The translations under genes and the position numbers were made by a program. The notes under the pieces were generated by a model. It searched no databases and had not been told where the DNA came from. It saw only the letters and a program-made list of their open reading frames with translations. A stretch of DNA of 64,000 nt from Deltaproteobacteria bacterium (lineage in GTDB: Bacteria; Desulfobacterota; Binatia; Binatales; Binataceae), in assembly GCA_003161515.1 (NCBI GenBank), contig PMOH01000316.1, positions 1,210-65,209 of the forward strand, read 5' to 3'. Positions 18,706-29,016 of this stretch are shown here, piece after piece. Within the stretch, counting starts at the first letter, position 1, and every line of letters begins with the position of its first letter.

Positions 18706-20696
18706 GAGCTAGCCCGATGCGGCGTTGGGGAATAATCGGCGTTCTGCTTGCGCTGCTCCTGTTTTGGATCGGCAATGCCAGCGCCGGCGTCAAGTTCTTC
18801 AGTGGCTTTGAGACGGGCGATTTTAGCGAATGGTCATCAACCACGGGTTCACCTGGCGTAGTTACATCACCCGTAACACTTGGTGGCTATTCGGAACAAA
18901 CTACTTGGGGCTCGGTAAACTATGCGGTAAGCGGTAGCGTTCTGAGTGGCACAACAGGGGTTTTGCGGTTTTCGTTTAATACCAATGCAGCCTCACCAAC
19001 TACTACCAATCAGATTGTTTTTACTCAGATTTTTAATACCTCCGCTCAGGTTCCTGCGGCAATCCGGCTGCAAACTGACTCGACTGGGAATCTCACTTTC
19101 GGGGTTAGAAGCCTTGCCGGCACTTTAGGAAACTTCACGCTCCAACCCAATACCTGGTACACGATAGAACTAAAGTGTCTGGTCGGAACTACGACGAGCA
19201 ACGGTACGGTCGAAGCACGGGTCAATGGGTCTGTAGTCTTTACAACTAGCTCCACCAATACCGGTACTGTCAATCTGGACCACATATGGCTAGGCCCGAT
19301 GACCAATCCGGGGGGATCGCTAACCGGCCACCTGTGGTTCGACGATGTTATGGTCCGCGACGATCAATATCCCGGCCGCGGTTATTGCATCGCGCGACAA
19401 GGCGTCACTGGTACTCCTACCTATACAGGTTGGACCGCGAATGGCTTGAGTACCGCAGCTTTGAATTGGTCGGAGACGCCCTACAACGCGACCGATAATG
19501 AAAGCACGACTACGGCGTCGACGCCGGAACAGAGCATGCTGATGGGCTCGTTCAACTCCGCGGGATCGGCCTCGGAAGGCAGCGGCGTCCTGACCAGCGC
19601 GGCTACGATCAACGCCGCCAAGACGGCGATGGTCGCTCAGTCCTCTTTCACCACCTCCAAGGCATTACAGATTCTCGATCGCCTCAGCGGCTCAGACACT
19701 CTCACCACCGTCACCGCGACCTCGAGCGACGCCTACTACGACGGCGGAATCTATACTCCTACCTATGCCAACCTGACTTCATCCAGCACCGAGATCGGCG
19801 TCAAGAACACCGGCACTGGAACCGGGACCGCGCGGGTTGAGGATATGTGGGAGATGGTCGATTTCGCATCGACGGTCCCGGTATCGAGCTCGTTCGGCAA
19901 TGGCGGTTCTGTCACGGCTTCGAGAGCGGCGACCGTATCGAAGTCGAGTCCCTTCGGCAACGGCGCGCCTATCACCGGATCGCGTGTCGCAAGCCTCGCG
20001 CGTTCTGCGCCATTTGGCAACGGGGGGATCATCAGTGGAGCGCGCGCGCCCAGCACGCGACCCTCGGGTTCGTTTGGAAATGGAGGCTTGGTCTCAGGCG
20101 CGCGGGCGGCGGCCGTCGCCAAGACCCCCAACTTCGGTAACGGCGGATCGGTCCTAGGATCGAGCGCCGAACAGCTAGCGAGGTCGGGCACCTTGGGCAA
20201 CGGGGGCATTGTCGCGGGTTCTAGATCGGCGTCACTCACGAGGTCCGCCGCATTTGGGAATGGCGGGACGATCTCTGGCCTCATCCATAAATTAGTTGTG
20301 CTATTCGGTTCTTTCGGAAATGGGGGCGGTATGGCAGCAACACGCACGGCCAAAGTTACAAAGTCGGGTTCGTTCGGTCATGGTGGCGTACTTCTGAGTT
20401 CGCGGGCCGTCTCGGTCGCACGGGGAGGCAACTTCGGGAATGGCGGCCTGATCTCAGGGTTGCGCAATCTGTTGGCGCGAATCGTTGCATTCTTCGGCGG
20501 GGGCGGTTCGGTGATTGGGAATGCTACCGCGACCAAGACCCCGACCCCGGTGGCGACCCCGACCCCGGTGGCGCCGATCGTTAATCTGACAATGCCGATC
20601 TATCCGACGGTTTACGAAGACCCCGCGATGTGGCCGACCGTGCCTTTGACAGCGCCGCTTTATCCGAGGATCTATCTTGAAGCGAGGATGCCCTGA
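18702..20696 (+). CDS. signal-peptide protein with about 12 tandem FGNGG repeats
   Basis: Signal peptide ...LLFWIGNASA. The N-terminal roughly 200 aa may be a lectin/LamG-like beta domain. These are followed by about 12 repeats of roughly 17 aa (xS.FGNGGxxxGxRAxSxx) and a TPTPVATPTPVAP tail. Confidence 0.5.
   Translation: MRASPMRRWGIIGVLLALLLFWIGNASAGVKFFSGFETGDFSEWSSTTGSPGVVTSPVTLGGYSEQTTWGSVNYAVSGSVLSGTTGVLRFSFNTNAASPTTTNQIVFTQIFNTSAQVPAAIRLQTDSTGNLTFGVRSLAGTLGNFTLQPNTWYTIELKCLVGTTTSNGTVEARVNGSVVFTTSSTNTGTVNLDHIWLGPMTNPGGSLTGHLWFDDVMVRDDQYPGRGYCIARQGVTGTPTYTGWTANGLSTAALNWSETPYNATDNESTTTASTPEQSMLMGSFNSAGSASEGSGVLTSAATINAAKTAMVAQSSFTTSKALQILDRLSGSDTLTTVTATSSDAYYDGGIYTPTYANLTSSSTEIGVKNTGTGTGTARVEDMWEMVDFASTVPVSSSFGNGGSVTASRAATVSKSSPFGNGAPITGSRVASLARSAPFGNGGIISGARAPSTRPSGSFGNGGLVSGARAAAVAKTPNFGNGGSVLGSSAEQLARSGTLGNGGIVAGSRSASLTRSAAFGNGGTISGLIHKLVVLFGSFGNGGGMAATRTAKVTKSGSFGHGGVLLSSRAVSVARGGNFGNGGLISGLRNLLARIVAFFGGGGSVIGNATATKTPTPVATPTPVAPIVNLTMPIYPTVYEDPAMWPTVPLTAPLYPRIYLEARMP
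19880..20470 (+). repeat. tandem roughly 51-bp coding repeats (FGNGG units)
   Basis: The FGNGG pentapeptide recurs about 12 times at roughly 17-aa spacing in the translation. The DNA periodicity is visible (ttcggcaa(c/t)gg(c/g)g...). Confidence 0.65.
20538..20573 (+). repeat. perfect 18-bp tandem duplication ACCCCGACCCCGGTGGCG x2
   Basis: Seen directly in the sequence. It encodes TPTPVA x2. Confidence 0.8.
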
Positions 20697-21073
20697 TGAA
20701 AACTCTCAAAAGACTTGGCTTCTCAATTCCGCTCGCCCTGCTCCTCGCTTTTCCGACGTTCGCGGCCCAGCAGCAACAGGTCTATGTCGCCGGGGCGAAG
20801 GGCGTCGTCCTCAACATCACCCCGAACACCGCGACCCAGCCGCCGGTAAATTTAACTGGGGCGACGGTCACCCTCGTAATCATCTCGCCAATCAGTGTGC
20901 GCCATGTGGTCACAGCGACGGTCGCCAACGGTGGGACGAGTGCAACCTACACTACTCTCGCAACGGATTTCCCTACCGCCGGCGCCTACCAACTGCAACT
21001 CGTTGCGCAGTGGGGATCGGGGGTGCTCATATCGAGTGCGGCCTTCAATCTCACGGTGAGCCCCGCTCTCTGA
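20696..21073 (+). CDS. signal-peptide small protein
   Basis: Signal peptide MKTLKRLGFSIPLALLLAFPTFAA and a beta-rich body. The start overlaps the upstream stop (ATGA). Confidence 0.45.
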   Translation: MKTLKRLGFSIPLALLLAFPTFAAQQQQVYVAGAKGVVLNITPNTATQPPVNLTGATVTLVIISPISVRHVVTATVANGGTSATYTTLATDFPTAGAYQLQLVAQWGSGVLISSAAFNLTVSPAL

Positions 21074-21337
21074 GGTTTGACAAGCGTTCGGTAAAGGCAT
21101 AGTTGCACCAAGCAGAGAGCCTGAGATAGCGGCGGAGCGGCTGGCGGCAGATCCAAAGGCGACTCCCAAACTATTTCGCCGGATGAAGAGCTGGCAGATC
21201 CAAGCGCAGACCGGCAAGAACCTGGGGCGGGTAGGGAACGGCGCGAAGCGGTCCCCCCGGAAAAAGCGGAAGATCCGATGACCGTGGAAAGTTGGTAAGA
21301 ACGTCACAACTTTTTACGGAGACGGAGTTCTCGCAAA

Positions 21338-22708
21338 ATGTCGAGCCCAGGCACTTTCGTAAATTTCCCGCCGCAACTCCTTGGGATGTTGCAGCAAAAT
21401 TTCCTCGATCGCGAACTCGAGGAAGGTCTCGATTCCTATCTGGCCTACCGGCGCGAAGCGGTCCAGGAGACTATCCCAGCGCGGATCGGCGCGACCCTCA
21501 CTATGACCAGAAAGGGGCGTAAGACCCCGATCACGCAACCGCTCGATCCGACCCAGGTCGGCACCAACCTCGACAATGGGATGACGCCCTCGACGTTCTC
21601 CATCGAGCAGTACAGCTTCTCGATGAAGGAATGGGCGGATACCGTCGATACCGATTTGATGGGCGAATTGGCGGGCATAGCCAATCAGCTTATCGCCAAC
21701 TCGCGGAACAACGGCGTCCAAGCCGCGCAGTCGATGGAGCGCATCGCGCGTAATGATTTGTTCGCCGCATACATGAGCGGCAACTCGCGCGTCCTCGCCG
21801 TCAACTCGCAGACGTCGATCCAGGTCGACGATATCCGCGGCTTCGGCACGGTCCTCGTAAACGGCACACCGCAGGGTGTGAGCTCGGCGACTCCGTTGGC
21901 GATCACCGAATACAACGATTCCGGAACTTTGGCGACGGCCACGCAGGCGCTCAACGTCACGGGCGTCGCCCCGGACGCGACGAACGTGAGCTCCACCAGC
22001 ATCACCGGTGGGCTGTCGGGAGTGCTGACCTTGGCGGCCGGCGCGGCCAATACGATCCAGGTGGGCGACTCGGTCATCTCGAACAATGCCCCCAAGGTGT
22101 TCCGGCCGTTCGGCAAACGCCTGACGAGTTTGCTAAATGGCGCCGACGTTCTCACCATGTCGATCGTCGATGATGTCCGGGCCTATCTGCTGGATAACGG
22201 CGTTCCGCCGATGCCCGATGGCACCTATCACATGATTTTGGATAACACCTCGATGCGTCAGTTGAGGGCCGATCAGGACTTCAAAGTCCTGTTCGCAGGG
22301 CGCGAGGAGACTCCGGAGTTTCGCGGCGGCGATATCGTGCGCCTGCTTGGCATAACTTTCATCCCCACCACGGAAACCTTTGTCCAAAATCCCGGCTCCG
22401 GCGTTGGGGTGCGAGTACGCCGGCCGATCATCATGGGGGCCGAGAGCTTGATGCAGGGTAACTTCGAAGGGCTGGACATCTGGCTCAATCGAGAGGGCGT
22501 CAATCCGATCGGCGAGATCATGCTGATCGATAACGTCGCTCAGATTGTGAGGCCACCGCTCGATCGCCTGCAGCGCAACATCGCGCAGACCTGGACTTGG
22601 ATCGGAGACTTCGCGGTCCCGACCGACGTCACCGCCACCACAGACACTATCCCCACCGCTAGTAACTCCTTGTTCAAACGCGCAGCGGTGATTGAGATAG
22701 CTGGCTGA
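21338..22708 (+). CDS. major capsid protein candidate
   Basis: 456 aa, the largest head-module ORF, downstream of the scaffold. No signal peptide. The call rests on size and position only. Confidence 0.45.
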   Translation: MSSPGTFVNFPPQLLGMLQQNFLDRELEEGLDSYLAYRREAVQETIPARIGATLTMTRKGRKTPITQPLDPTQVGTNLDNGMTPSTFSIEQYSFSMKEWADTVDTDLMGELAGIANQLIANSRNNGVQAAQSMERIARNDLFAAYMSGNSRVLAVNSQTSIQVDDIRGFGTVLVNGTPQGVSSATPLAITEYNDSGTLATATQALNVTGVAPDATNVSSTSITGGLSGVLTLAAGAANTIQVGDSVISNNAPKVFRPFGKRLTSLLNGADVLTMSIVDDVRAYLLDNGVPPMPDGTYHMILDNTSMRQLRADQDFKVLFAGREETPEFRGGDIVRLLGITFIPTTETFVQNPGSGVGVRVRRPIIMGAESLMQGNFEGLDIWLNREGVNPIGEIMLIDNVAQIVRPPLDRLQRNIAQTWTWIGDFAVPTDVTATTDTIPTASNSLFKRAAVIEIAG

Positions 22709-22892
22709 TCGTTATATCGTAATCCGATGACTAAGAGTTGCCCGAGAAAGGGAATATCATTCCGGCCTGTTTGCCGTGTAATGCGTCGAAGCAGGAACGG
22801 CCGTTCGAGGAATTCTGTCGAGAGCGAGGAGTCGATCCCGACCAGATTCTCAACGGCCTGCCCAACTAAAGCAGGGAGAGAGGAGAACTCAG

Positions 22893-23138
22893 ATGGCCGA
22901 AGTAACGCGAGTAGATAAAGAGTTTCCACGGGTTCCCGCCGACGCGGCACCCACCAAGAGAGGATTGCGCAGCGGCGGGCCCTCGATGAATGTTCCGGGC
23001 GACGGCGGCGTGCGCAAGGCCAAAGGTACGCTACCGGGAAATCGCGCAGGTCGTTCGGCGGTGGACTATGCCGATGCGATGTCATCGGTGGGCGGGCCCG
23101 CTGACTCGGGCGACGGAAAGCGCGTCGATAACAAGTGA
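22893..23138 (+). CDS. hypothetical protein
   Basis: 81-aa ORF. Confidence 0.3.
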   Translation: MAEVTRVDKEFPRVPADAAPTKRGLRSGGPSMNVPGDGGVRKAKGTLPGNRAGRSAVDYADAMSSVGGPADSGDGKRVDNK

Positions 23139-23153
23139 CCGGCGGTTAGCCCA

Positions 23154-23486
23154 ATGCCCACGGTGAGAAAAATCGTTACGGCGAAGCGACCAAGCAAGCA
23201 GGTCAAACATCCGGTGCAACCCGGCACCTATTGGCCCGGCCAAGAGATTCGGGAGCAAAAGCAGACCGATACGGTCAAGGCGCTTTATTCCCGAACCGGC
23301 GCTACCGTCGAGCGCGAAACGATTCCCGGAATCGGTGTCGTGCGCGAGGTAGACGCCGACGATCGCTATGTTCCGGGATGGGACAGGCTGCCCGGCGCCT
23401 CGGCCGCCGCAGAACGGGTTGCGGAGCGCCGCGAGGACGGCCAGAGAAAGACACCGATCGGCGGGCCAGGCTTGATCAGGAGATAA
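23154..23486 (+). CDS. hypothetical virion-module protein
   Basis: 110-aa ORF in the structural operon. Confidence 0.35.
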   Translation: MPTVRKIVTAKRPSKQVKHPVQPGTYWPGQEIREQKQTDTVKALYSRTGATVERETIPGIGVVREVDADDRYVPGWDRLPGASAAAERVAERREDGQRKTPIGGPGLIRR

Positions 23487-23492
23487 ATTTAG

Positions 23493-23813
23493 ATGCCGAC
23501 AGCACCGACGCCCCTGCAGGGCAATCCCAATGTGTTCGATGGGCGTCAACCGACGCTGATCCCGAACTTCGATCCTGTCTTCTACGAAAACGGCGCTTTG
23601 CAGTCCGAGAGCCCGCGCCAGATGAAAACCCTGCATCCGACGTCCGGTGCGACGACGTGCATGGTGCCGACCAACAATTTTACCTACGTCAGCCACCCCG
23701 GCGGCGCCGCTGCGGCGGGCATCATTGTCTCGTATTATTACGGCAGAACCTACGAGATCTCGACCTCGCTCTATAACGAGATGGTGACTGCGGGAATGCC
23801 GGTATCGGCATAG
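23493..23813 (+). CDS. hypothetical virion-module protein
   Basis: 106-aa ORF. Confidence 0.35.
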   Translation: MPTAPTPLQGNPNVFDGRQPTLIPNFDPVFYENGALQSESPRQMKTLHPTSGATTCMVPTNNFTYVSHPGGAAAAGIIVSYYYGRTYEISTSLYNEMVTAGMPVSA

Positions 23814-23853
23814 TAGAAGAGAAGATCGCGTTCGACAGGGAGAGAGAAACCAG

Positions 23854-24282
23854 ATGGCGGAATTACCTGAACTAGCGGATGCGTCGCCGCCTTACCGGGC
23901 GGTGAAGCCGGGAGTTGCAAAGGCAGGGGCGGGAGCGATGGCCAACCCGGCCGAGGAAAAACTCTCCCTGCGGCGGGGTGAAACGGAGTCCGCCCCTGCC
24001 GGCGCACACTCTGAAGAAAAGCCGGAACAGCTCCCCGTTCATAAGGCGCTGTCGAGCTTCAACGTGATGATAGGCCCGCAGATGCGAAGTTTCGAGATGG
24101 GCGAGACCATCGTTGAGCAGGGCACCATCAGGACGCTCCTCGACCTCGGCTGCCCCATCGGACAGGCTCGCGACATGCTCCGGCATCGTTGCGGATCGTG
24201 TGGATCTATGGCTGCGATAAGCCCGACCAAGAGCGAATTGCGATCCGTCGCGGAAGCGATGGGTCTGGAGCTAATCGGATAG
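23854..24282 (+). CDS. hypothetical virion-module protein
   Basis: 142-aa ORF. Confidence 0.35.
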   Translation: MAELPELADASPPYRAVKPGVAKAGAGAMANPAEEKLSLRRGETESAPAGAHSEEKPEQLPVHKALSSFNVMIGPQMRSFEMGETIVEQGTIRTLLDLGCPIGQARDMLRHRCGSCGSMAAISPTKSELRSVAEAMGLELIG

Positions 24283-25098
24283 GTGCTGACCGGACAACAA
24301 AAGGTCACGATACGCCGGCAGCTTCGGTATCCGGCGATCGGCGTCTCGCGTACTTCGGTTGGCGGCCAATCGTTAGCCAGTGGTGGGCAGGGCTTCCGCT
24401 ACTTTCAGGCGTACGGCCGGCTCGAGTACATCCTGAACAATCTTCAGCCGTATGAAGAAGCGCAGATCATCGGATCTGCCGTAGGGTCGATCTCGATTCT
24501 CGGTCTGACAGCGGTCGGCGATACTGTCTCGGTCACTCTGTCGGGCGCAGGACTGGTGAGCCCAGTCACACTGACCGTAACCGCTGTCCTCGGCGATAAT
24601 CCGGTCAGCCTCTCGAATAAGTTGGCGGCCTTGGCTCTTCAGAATCCCGCGCTCATCAGTGCAGGCTTCATGGCGGTGACTCCATACGGAACGGGACCTT
24701 TCGCGCAGAACGCTGTCCCTCTGCCGGAAGTGGCGTTCTTCAATCCCAAGCCTTTCACCATCGCGGCGGCAGCCACGGGACAAACCGGGTCGGCTGTCAC
24801 CACAGATGGCAGCCCGGTTACGGATCCGATAGCGATAGTTGACGATTCGACGAGCCCCGTGACGACGCTAACCGGCTTCATTCCAATTCTGATCTACCTC
24901 GAGGGCGCGATCGCGGGCACGACGCAGAATCTCGATACTTCGAAAGCGGACGTGTGGACCGCGCGCACCGATGAGCCCGAGATGCGGATCAAGCTCTATA
25001 ATTACTGGCGTCGAGCGTTGGCGCGGCATCTCGAGGTTCCGCTCTGGGAAGACTTTAACGATTACGGCGGCGGCGTGCCGACGATGGCTACAATCTGA
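24283..25098 (+). CDS. hypothetical structural protein
   Basis: 271-aa ORF. Its start abuts the upstream stop. Confidence 0.4.
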   Translation: MLTGQQKVTIRRQLRYPAIGVSRTSVGGQSLASGGQGFRYFQAYGRLEYILNNLQPYEEAQIIGSAVGSISILGLTAVGDTVSVTLSGAGLVSPVTLTVTAVLGDNPVSLSNKLAALALQNPALISAGFMAVTPYGTGPFAQNAVPLPEVAFFNPKPFTIAAAATGQTGSAVTTDGSPVTDPIAIVDDSTSPVTTLTGFIPILIYLEGAIAGTTQNLDTSKADVWTARTDEPEMRIKLYNYWRRALARHLEVPLWEDFNDYGGGVPTMATI

Positions 25099-25919
25099 TG
25101 TCCCACTTCAACCACATCGAAAGGCAAATTGATCGTGGTAGAGGCAAGGCCGCGAAGCATCTCGGTCCGCCCTTCGACGTTTATCGCATCCAAGCCAATG
25201 CGGCGCTGAACTATCTCGACGCGGCGAACAAAATCAGAAGCAACTTTCCGGTCTTCCGCCGAGTGCTGAAGGGCCTCGAACACAAGGAAGGCCCGGATAT
25301 GGGATCGCTGTTTTTCGAAATGATCGCCGACATGAGCAACTTCGTGACCGGCGATGTTTTCGTTGAACGCGACCCGTTCTATGGAACCAGCGGGTATCCT
25401 ACCGCGGGTGACATCACTCCTTTCCCGACTCCGCAGTTCAACGGGATCTGCCTGGCGTTTCATGCGCCTATTCGAAAGAACATCGGCGCGCGCGTGAACC
25501 GACTCGGCATCGTATTCCGTCCGACGGGTGCTCCGGACGCGAATGGCTACTGGTCGCCGGATATCAACTCCGCGCAGCCTCTCCTGCTGTCGAATGGCAG
25601 TTGGGCTCTCGCGGCGCCGGGCGCGGCCAACGCGCTGATACCGATGGGCGTCTCAGCCAACGAGCGCTTCCATGGGGAACTCATCCATGGATTGCCGTCG
25701 TCGACGCCGCTCACCCGCTGGTTCATATTCGTACCGGCGCTGAAGGGGTTTCAGTTTCTTGAGGGGGACATCATCGCAAGTCTCGACGCGGACGCGCCGG
25801 TAGAGGACTATGCTGACATTCTCCAAAACGGCTCCCGGTACATCGTGATTCATCCGTTCGGTCAGGAGTCCGGGTTGGTCGGTAACCAGTTGGTATGTGA
25901 GCGCATAGGGCAGAACTGA
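25098..25919 (+). CDS. hypothetical structural protein
   Basis: 273-aa ORF with an ATGA overlap. Confidence 0.4.
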   Translation: MSHFNHIERQIDRGRGKAAKHLGPPFDVYRIQANAALNYLDAANKIRSNFPVFRRVLKGLEHKEGPDMGSLFFEMIADMSNFVTGDVFVERDPFYGTSGYPTAGDITPFPTPQFNGICLAFHAPIRKNIGARVNRLGIVFRPTGAPDANGYWSPDINSAQPLLLSNGSWALAAPGAANALIPMGVSANERFHGELIHGLPSSTPLTRWFIFVPALKGFQFLEGDIIASLDADAPVEDYADILQNGSRYIVIHPFGQESGLVGNQLVCERIGQN

Positions 25920-26209
25920 TGGCGAAGCTTAGAAAAGACGAAGTAGGCCAAGGGCGGGCGTTCTACGTTTTTTATTGCCCCGGCTGTGGGAACTGCCACT
26001 CGTTCGAAGTGCCGCGTTGGACCTTCAGCGGTTCGATGGACAAGCCGACCTTCACGCCGTCCCTGCTCTGCAATCAGAGCGATCCGGCAAGCCGATGTCA
26101 TCTTTTTGTGACAGACGGGAAAATTAAATATCAGCCTGATTGTCACCACAAGTTCGCTGGTCAAACAGTCGATATGGTCGAGTTGGAAGATTTGGCAGAT
26201 GGACGTTGA
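25919..26209 (+). CDS. zinc-ribbon small protein
   Basis: CPGCGNCHSF ... C..C pairs. Confidence 0.4.
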   Translation: MAKLRKDEVGQGRAFYVFYCPGCGNCHSFEVPRWTFSGSMDKPTFTPSLLCNQSDPASRCHLFVTDGKIKYQPDCHHKFAGQTVDMVELEDLADGR

Positions 26210-27077
26210 TGAGGTCATGACGCTGCTAACCACCGAATTGCAAAGAGCGATCGGTGCTCTGTCGCCTGCATTCACGGCGCCTATCGTGTTTGGCGAGGGC
26301 TATCCCACGGAGTCGTTCCTGCTACAGCAGGTCGCTTCCAAGGGTAGTGTCTCCATCACGATCTTTGATCGCAGGCCAGCGGCGAACGTGACGCGCTGGA
26401 TGCCGTTCGTCGCAGTCGAGAAGCCGCATTCCACGGGGGTCACGGTCGAACTCAGCGGCAGCCCGCTTGCCGTCGATGGCGAGCAAACCATCACGCTCAG
26501 CGGCGTCGTCAATCAGAACGATGCCGTCGCGTTGACCGCGTTCCTTCGCGGCGGCCCGTCTGTCAATGGCGGTGTGAGCGCGATCGCGGGACCGCAGGAT
26601 ACGCCGGCGACCCTTGCCGCGAAGCTCGCGGCGGCCATCAATGCAGACTCGTTCCTGCCGGAGTGGATGACGGCCAACGCCACCGGCGCGGTTGTCACGC
26701 TTGAAGGGACCGGCGCGCAGCCGATTCAGCTTGCGGTCGCGGTCGGAAACATCCGGTTCCAAAAAGTCGAGAACGCGCGGTTTCTGCGCGAGCTGCAGAT
26801 CATCGTCTACACGAACAGCAGTGCCGCTCGCATGATCCTCGGGAAAGCCATCATGGGCGACCTCGCCCAGCTCTATGCGAACTTCGGTTTGCAGGACGAT
26901 GACGGCGAGTGGGTGCGTGTCATTCCGTTCGGAGACGTGCTCAACGATCAGGACGCAGGACGCGCTCTCTATCGCCGCGACATCCTGCTCAACGCCGAAT
27001 ACGGAATCACCGCCGAGCAAATTGCGTACGACATTCTATCGCCGCGGCCAAATCTCACCGTGGAACAAGGAGCGTAA
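26199..27077 (+). CDS. hypothetical structural protein (neck or tail-completion position)
   Basis: 292 aa, immediately upstream of the sheath. Confidence 0.4.
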   Translation: MDVDEVMTLLTTELQRAIGALSPAFTAPIVFGEGYPTESFLLQQVASKGSVSITIFDRRPAANVTRWMPFVAVEKPHSTGVTVELSGSPLAVDGEQTITLSGVVNQNDAVALTAFLRGGPSVNGGVSAIAGPQDTPATLAAKLAAAINADSFLPEWMTANATGAVVTLEGTGAQPIQLAVAVGNIRFQKVENARFLRELQIIVYTNSSAARMILGKAIMGDLAQLYANFGLQDDDGEWVRVIPFGDVLNDQDAGRALYRRDILLNAEYGITAEQIAYDILSPRPNLTVEQGA

Positions 27078-27083
27078 GGCGCG

Positions 27084-29006
27084 ATGGGTCAGATCATTGT
27101 TAATGGTGGGAGCTTCAACGCGGCTGGTCTGCAGGCCGACGATCTCTACATTCAGATTATTCCGCCGCCTGCGTCGGTTGTGGGCGTGCCGGTCGACGTC
27201 GTCGGAGTAGTGGGAACCGCGTCGTGGGGACCGCTCAACGCGCCGACGTTACTCGGGACTCCGGGCGACGGTGCTCGAAACTTCGGACCCATCCCGGTCT
27301 GGGGCAGCGGAACGATCGACCTGCACGATTTGGCGACTGAAATCGTGATGCTCTTCCAGCAGGCGCCATCCCAGGCGCAGCTCCAAGTTTGGGCCTCGCG
27401 TATCAGCGATGGTACTGACGCCCCGGCATTCGGATCAGTCATGGACGGCGAGGGTACTCCGGTGGCCGGCGGCGTTGTCGAGGCGCTCTACAGCGGTATC
27501 GCAGGCGACCAACTCTCGTTGACGATCTCTCCGGGAGCCTTGGCCAATACCTTCAACGTCGTTATCGGCGGTTTCCCCGGCGTGCCGGCGGAGCTGTTCC
27601 CGAACATCCCGAACTCAGCGGGAAGCTTTTGGCAGAACCTCGCGAATGCGCTCGCGCTGGGCCAGTCCGGTATCCGGCCGCCTTCTCAATTCGCGCGCTT
27701 CATTCCAGGAACGCCGACGGAGGTTCCCACGGAGGCGCCCACCCTTTCGCCGGCGCCAGACGGAACGCATACGCAGTTCACCTTCACTCTCGCGAATGGT
27801 CCCGTGCAGCAGGGAACTCTCATTCTGACCGATAGTCACGGAGTGATCTTCGCTGACTCTGAGGGCAACGGCACGCTACAGGGCGTCGGCGGGACCGGAA
27901 CTGTCAACTATGTGACCAAGCAAGTCGCGCTGACCTACTCGGTCGCTCCGATAACCGCTACCACGATGGCGGCGGATTACGACTACATGGTGGCCAATAC
28001 CCACGCTCCGGTGGCCGGCTCGACGCCTCTCGCAAACGGCGCCGACGGGCGCGCCGGTGTGAACACGGCCGCTTTGCTCGGCAGCGACGCATCGCTTCCG
28101 AAAACTGGTCTGTATGCGTTGCGCAGCCTCAATCCCGCGCCAAGCATGGCTTACCTCGCCGGCATGACGGATGGGACGATCGTCTCGAATCTTCAGGGCT
28201 TCGCCGACAGCGAGGGCGTTGCGATGGCGTTCGCCTTCCCGACCGGAACCTCGAGCCAAGCGGCGGTCACCGCGAAGCAGGGCTACGGCATCCTCGACTT
28301 CGAGATGCTTTGGTTGAAGGACTGGATCTATTGGTACGACCCGGTGAACCAGCAGGTCCGGCTCGTGCCGCCCTATTCCACGATTCTCGGCCGCACCGCG
28401 ACTCTGCCGCCATACGTCTCGCCCGGAAACAAGCAAGTCTTCGGGATTATCGGGACCGAGCGGAACAGTCCGTACAGCGGGAACATTCCTTATTCGAACG
28501 CTGAGATTGGGCTCCTAGAGTCGGCCGGCATCCTGTTCGTAACGAACCCCATTCCGGCGGGACAACAGTGGGGCATCCGTCATGGGCAGAACGGAAATCC
28601 CGTGCCGCCGGCTGATGACGTTGCGTACACCCGGATGACGAATATGCTGGCGCAGTTGATGAACCGCATCCTTGGCCAGTTCGTCGATCAGCCGCAGAGT
28701 CAATCGCCGAAGGATCCTACCCGCGATGCGATGAAGACGATTTCGAATGCCGAGCTCCAGTCCCTCCAAGACCTCGGGATGATCGATACGCAGGATATGA
28801 ATGGAGGACCTGGCTACCTGGTCGTCTGCGATCTGACAAACAATACGCCGGCCCAGATCGCCGCGCGCTACTCTTCCATCGCCTGGAGAGTGGTTTACCT
28901 GAGTAACATCCGATTCCTGATCGGTTCGCTTCAGGGCGGTACGACGGTGGTCACGCAGGGTAACAGCCAGTCGCAAGCGCTGGCGGGACAGGGACTCTCG
29001 GTCTAG
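27084..29006 (+). CDS. contractile tail sheath protein
   Basis: 640 aa, directly upstream of a 163-aa tube-sized ORF. This is the canonical sheath-tube pair. Confidence 0.65.
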   Translation: MGQIIVNGGSFNAAGLQADDLYIQIIPPPASVVGVPVDVVGVVGTASWGPLNAPTLLGTPGDGARNFGPIPVWGSGTIDLHDLATEIVMLFQQAPSQAQLQVWASRISDGTDAPAFGSVMDGEGTPVAGGVVEALYSGIAGDQLSLTISPGALANTFNVVIGGFPGVPAELFPNIPNSAGSFWQNLANALALGQSGIRPPSQFARFIPGTPTEVPTEAPTLSPAPDGTHTQFTFTLANGPVQQGTLILTDSHGVIFADSEGNGTLQGVGGTGTVNYVTKQVALTYSVAPITATTMAADYDYMVANTHAPVAGSTPLANGADGRAGVNTAALLGSDASLPKTGLYALRSLNPAPSMAYLAGMTDGTIVSNLQGFADSEGVAMAFAFPTGTSSQAAVTAKQGYGILDFEMLWLKDWIYWYDPVNQQVRLVPPYSTILGRTATLPPYVSPGNKQVFGIIGTERNSPYSGNIPYSNAEIGLLESAGILFVTNPIPAGQQWGIRHGQNGNPVPPADDVAYTRMTNMLAQLMNRILGQFVDQPQSQSPKDPTRDAMKTISNAELQSLQDLGMIDTQDMNGGPGYLVVCDLTNNTPAQIAARYSSIAWRVVYLSNIRFLIGSLQGGTTVVTQGNSQSQALAGQGLSV

Positions 29007-29016
29007 GAGAACAAAC

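Noticed and set aside
19880-20470. FGNGG-encoding DNA periodicity, considered as an intergenic tandem repeat or CRISPR-like array
   Set aside because: It lies entirely in-frame inside a 664-aa ORF. The units are imperfect at the DNA level and conserved at the protein level, so they are protein repeats.
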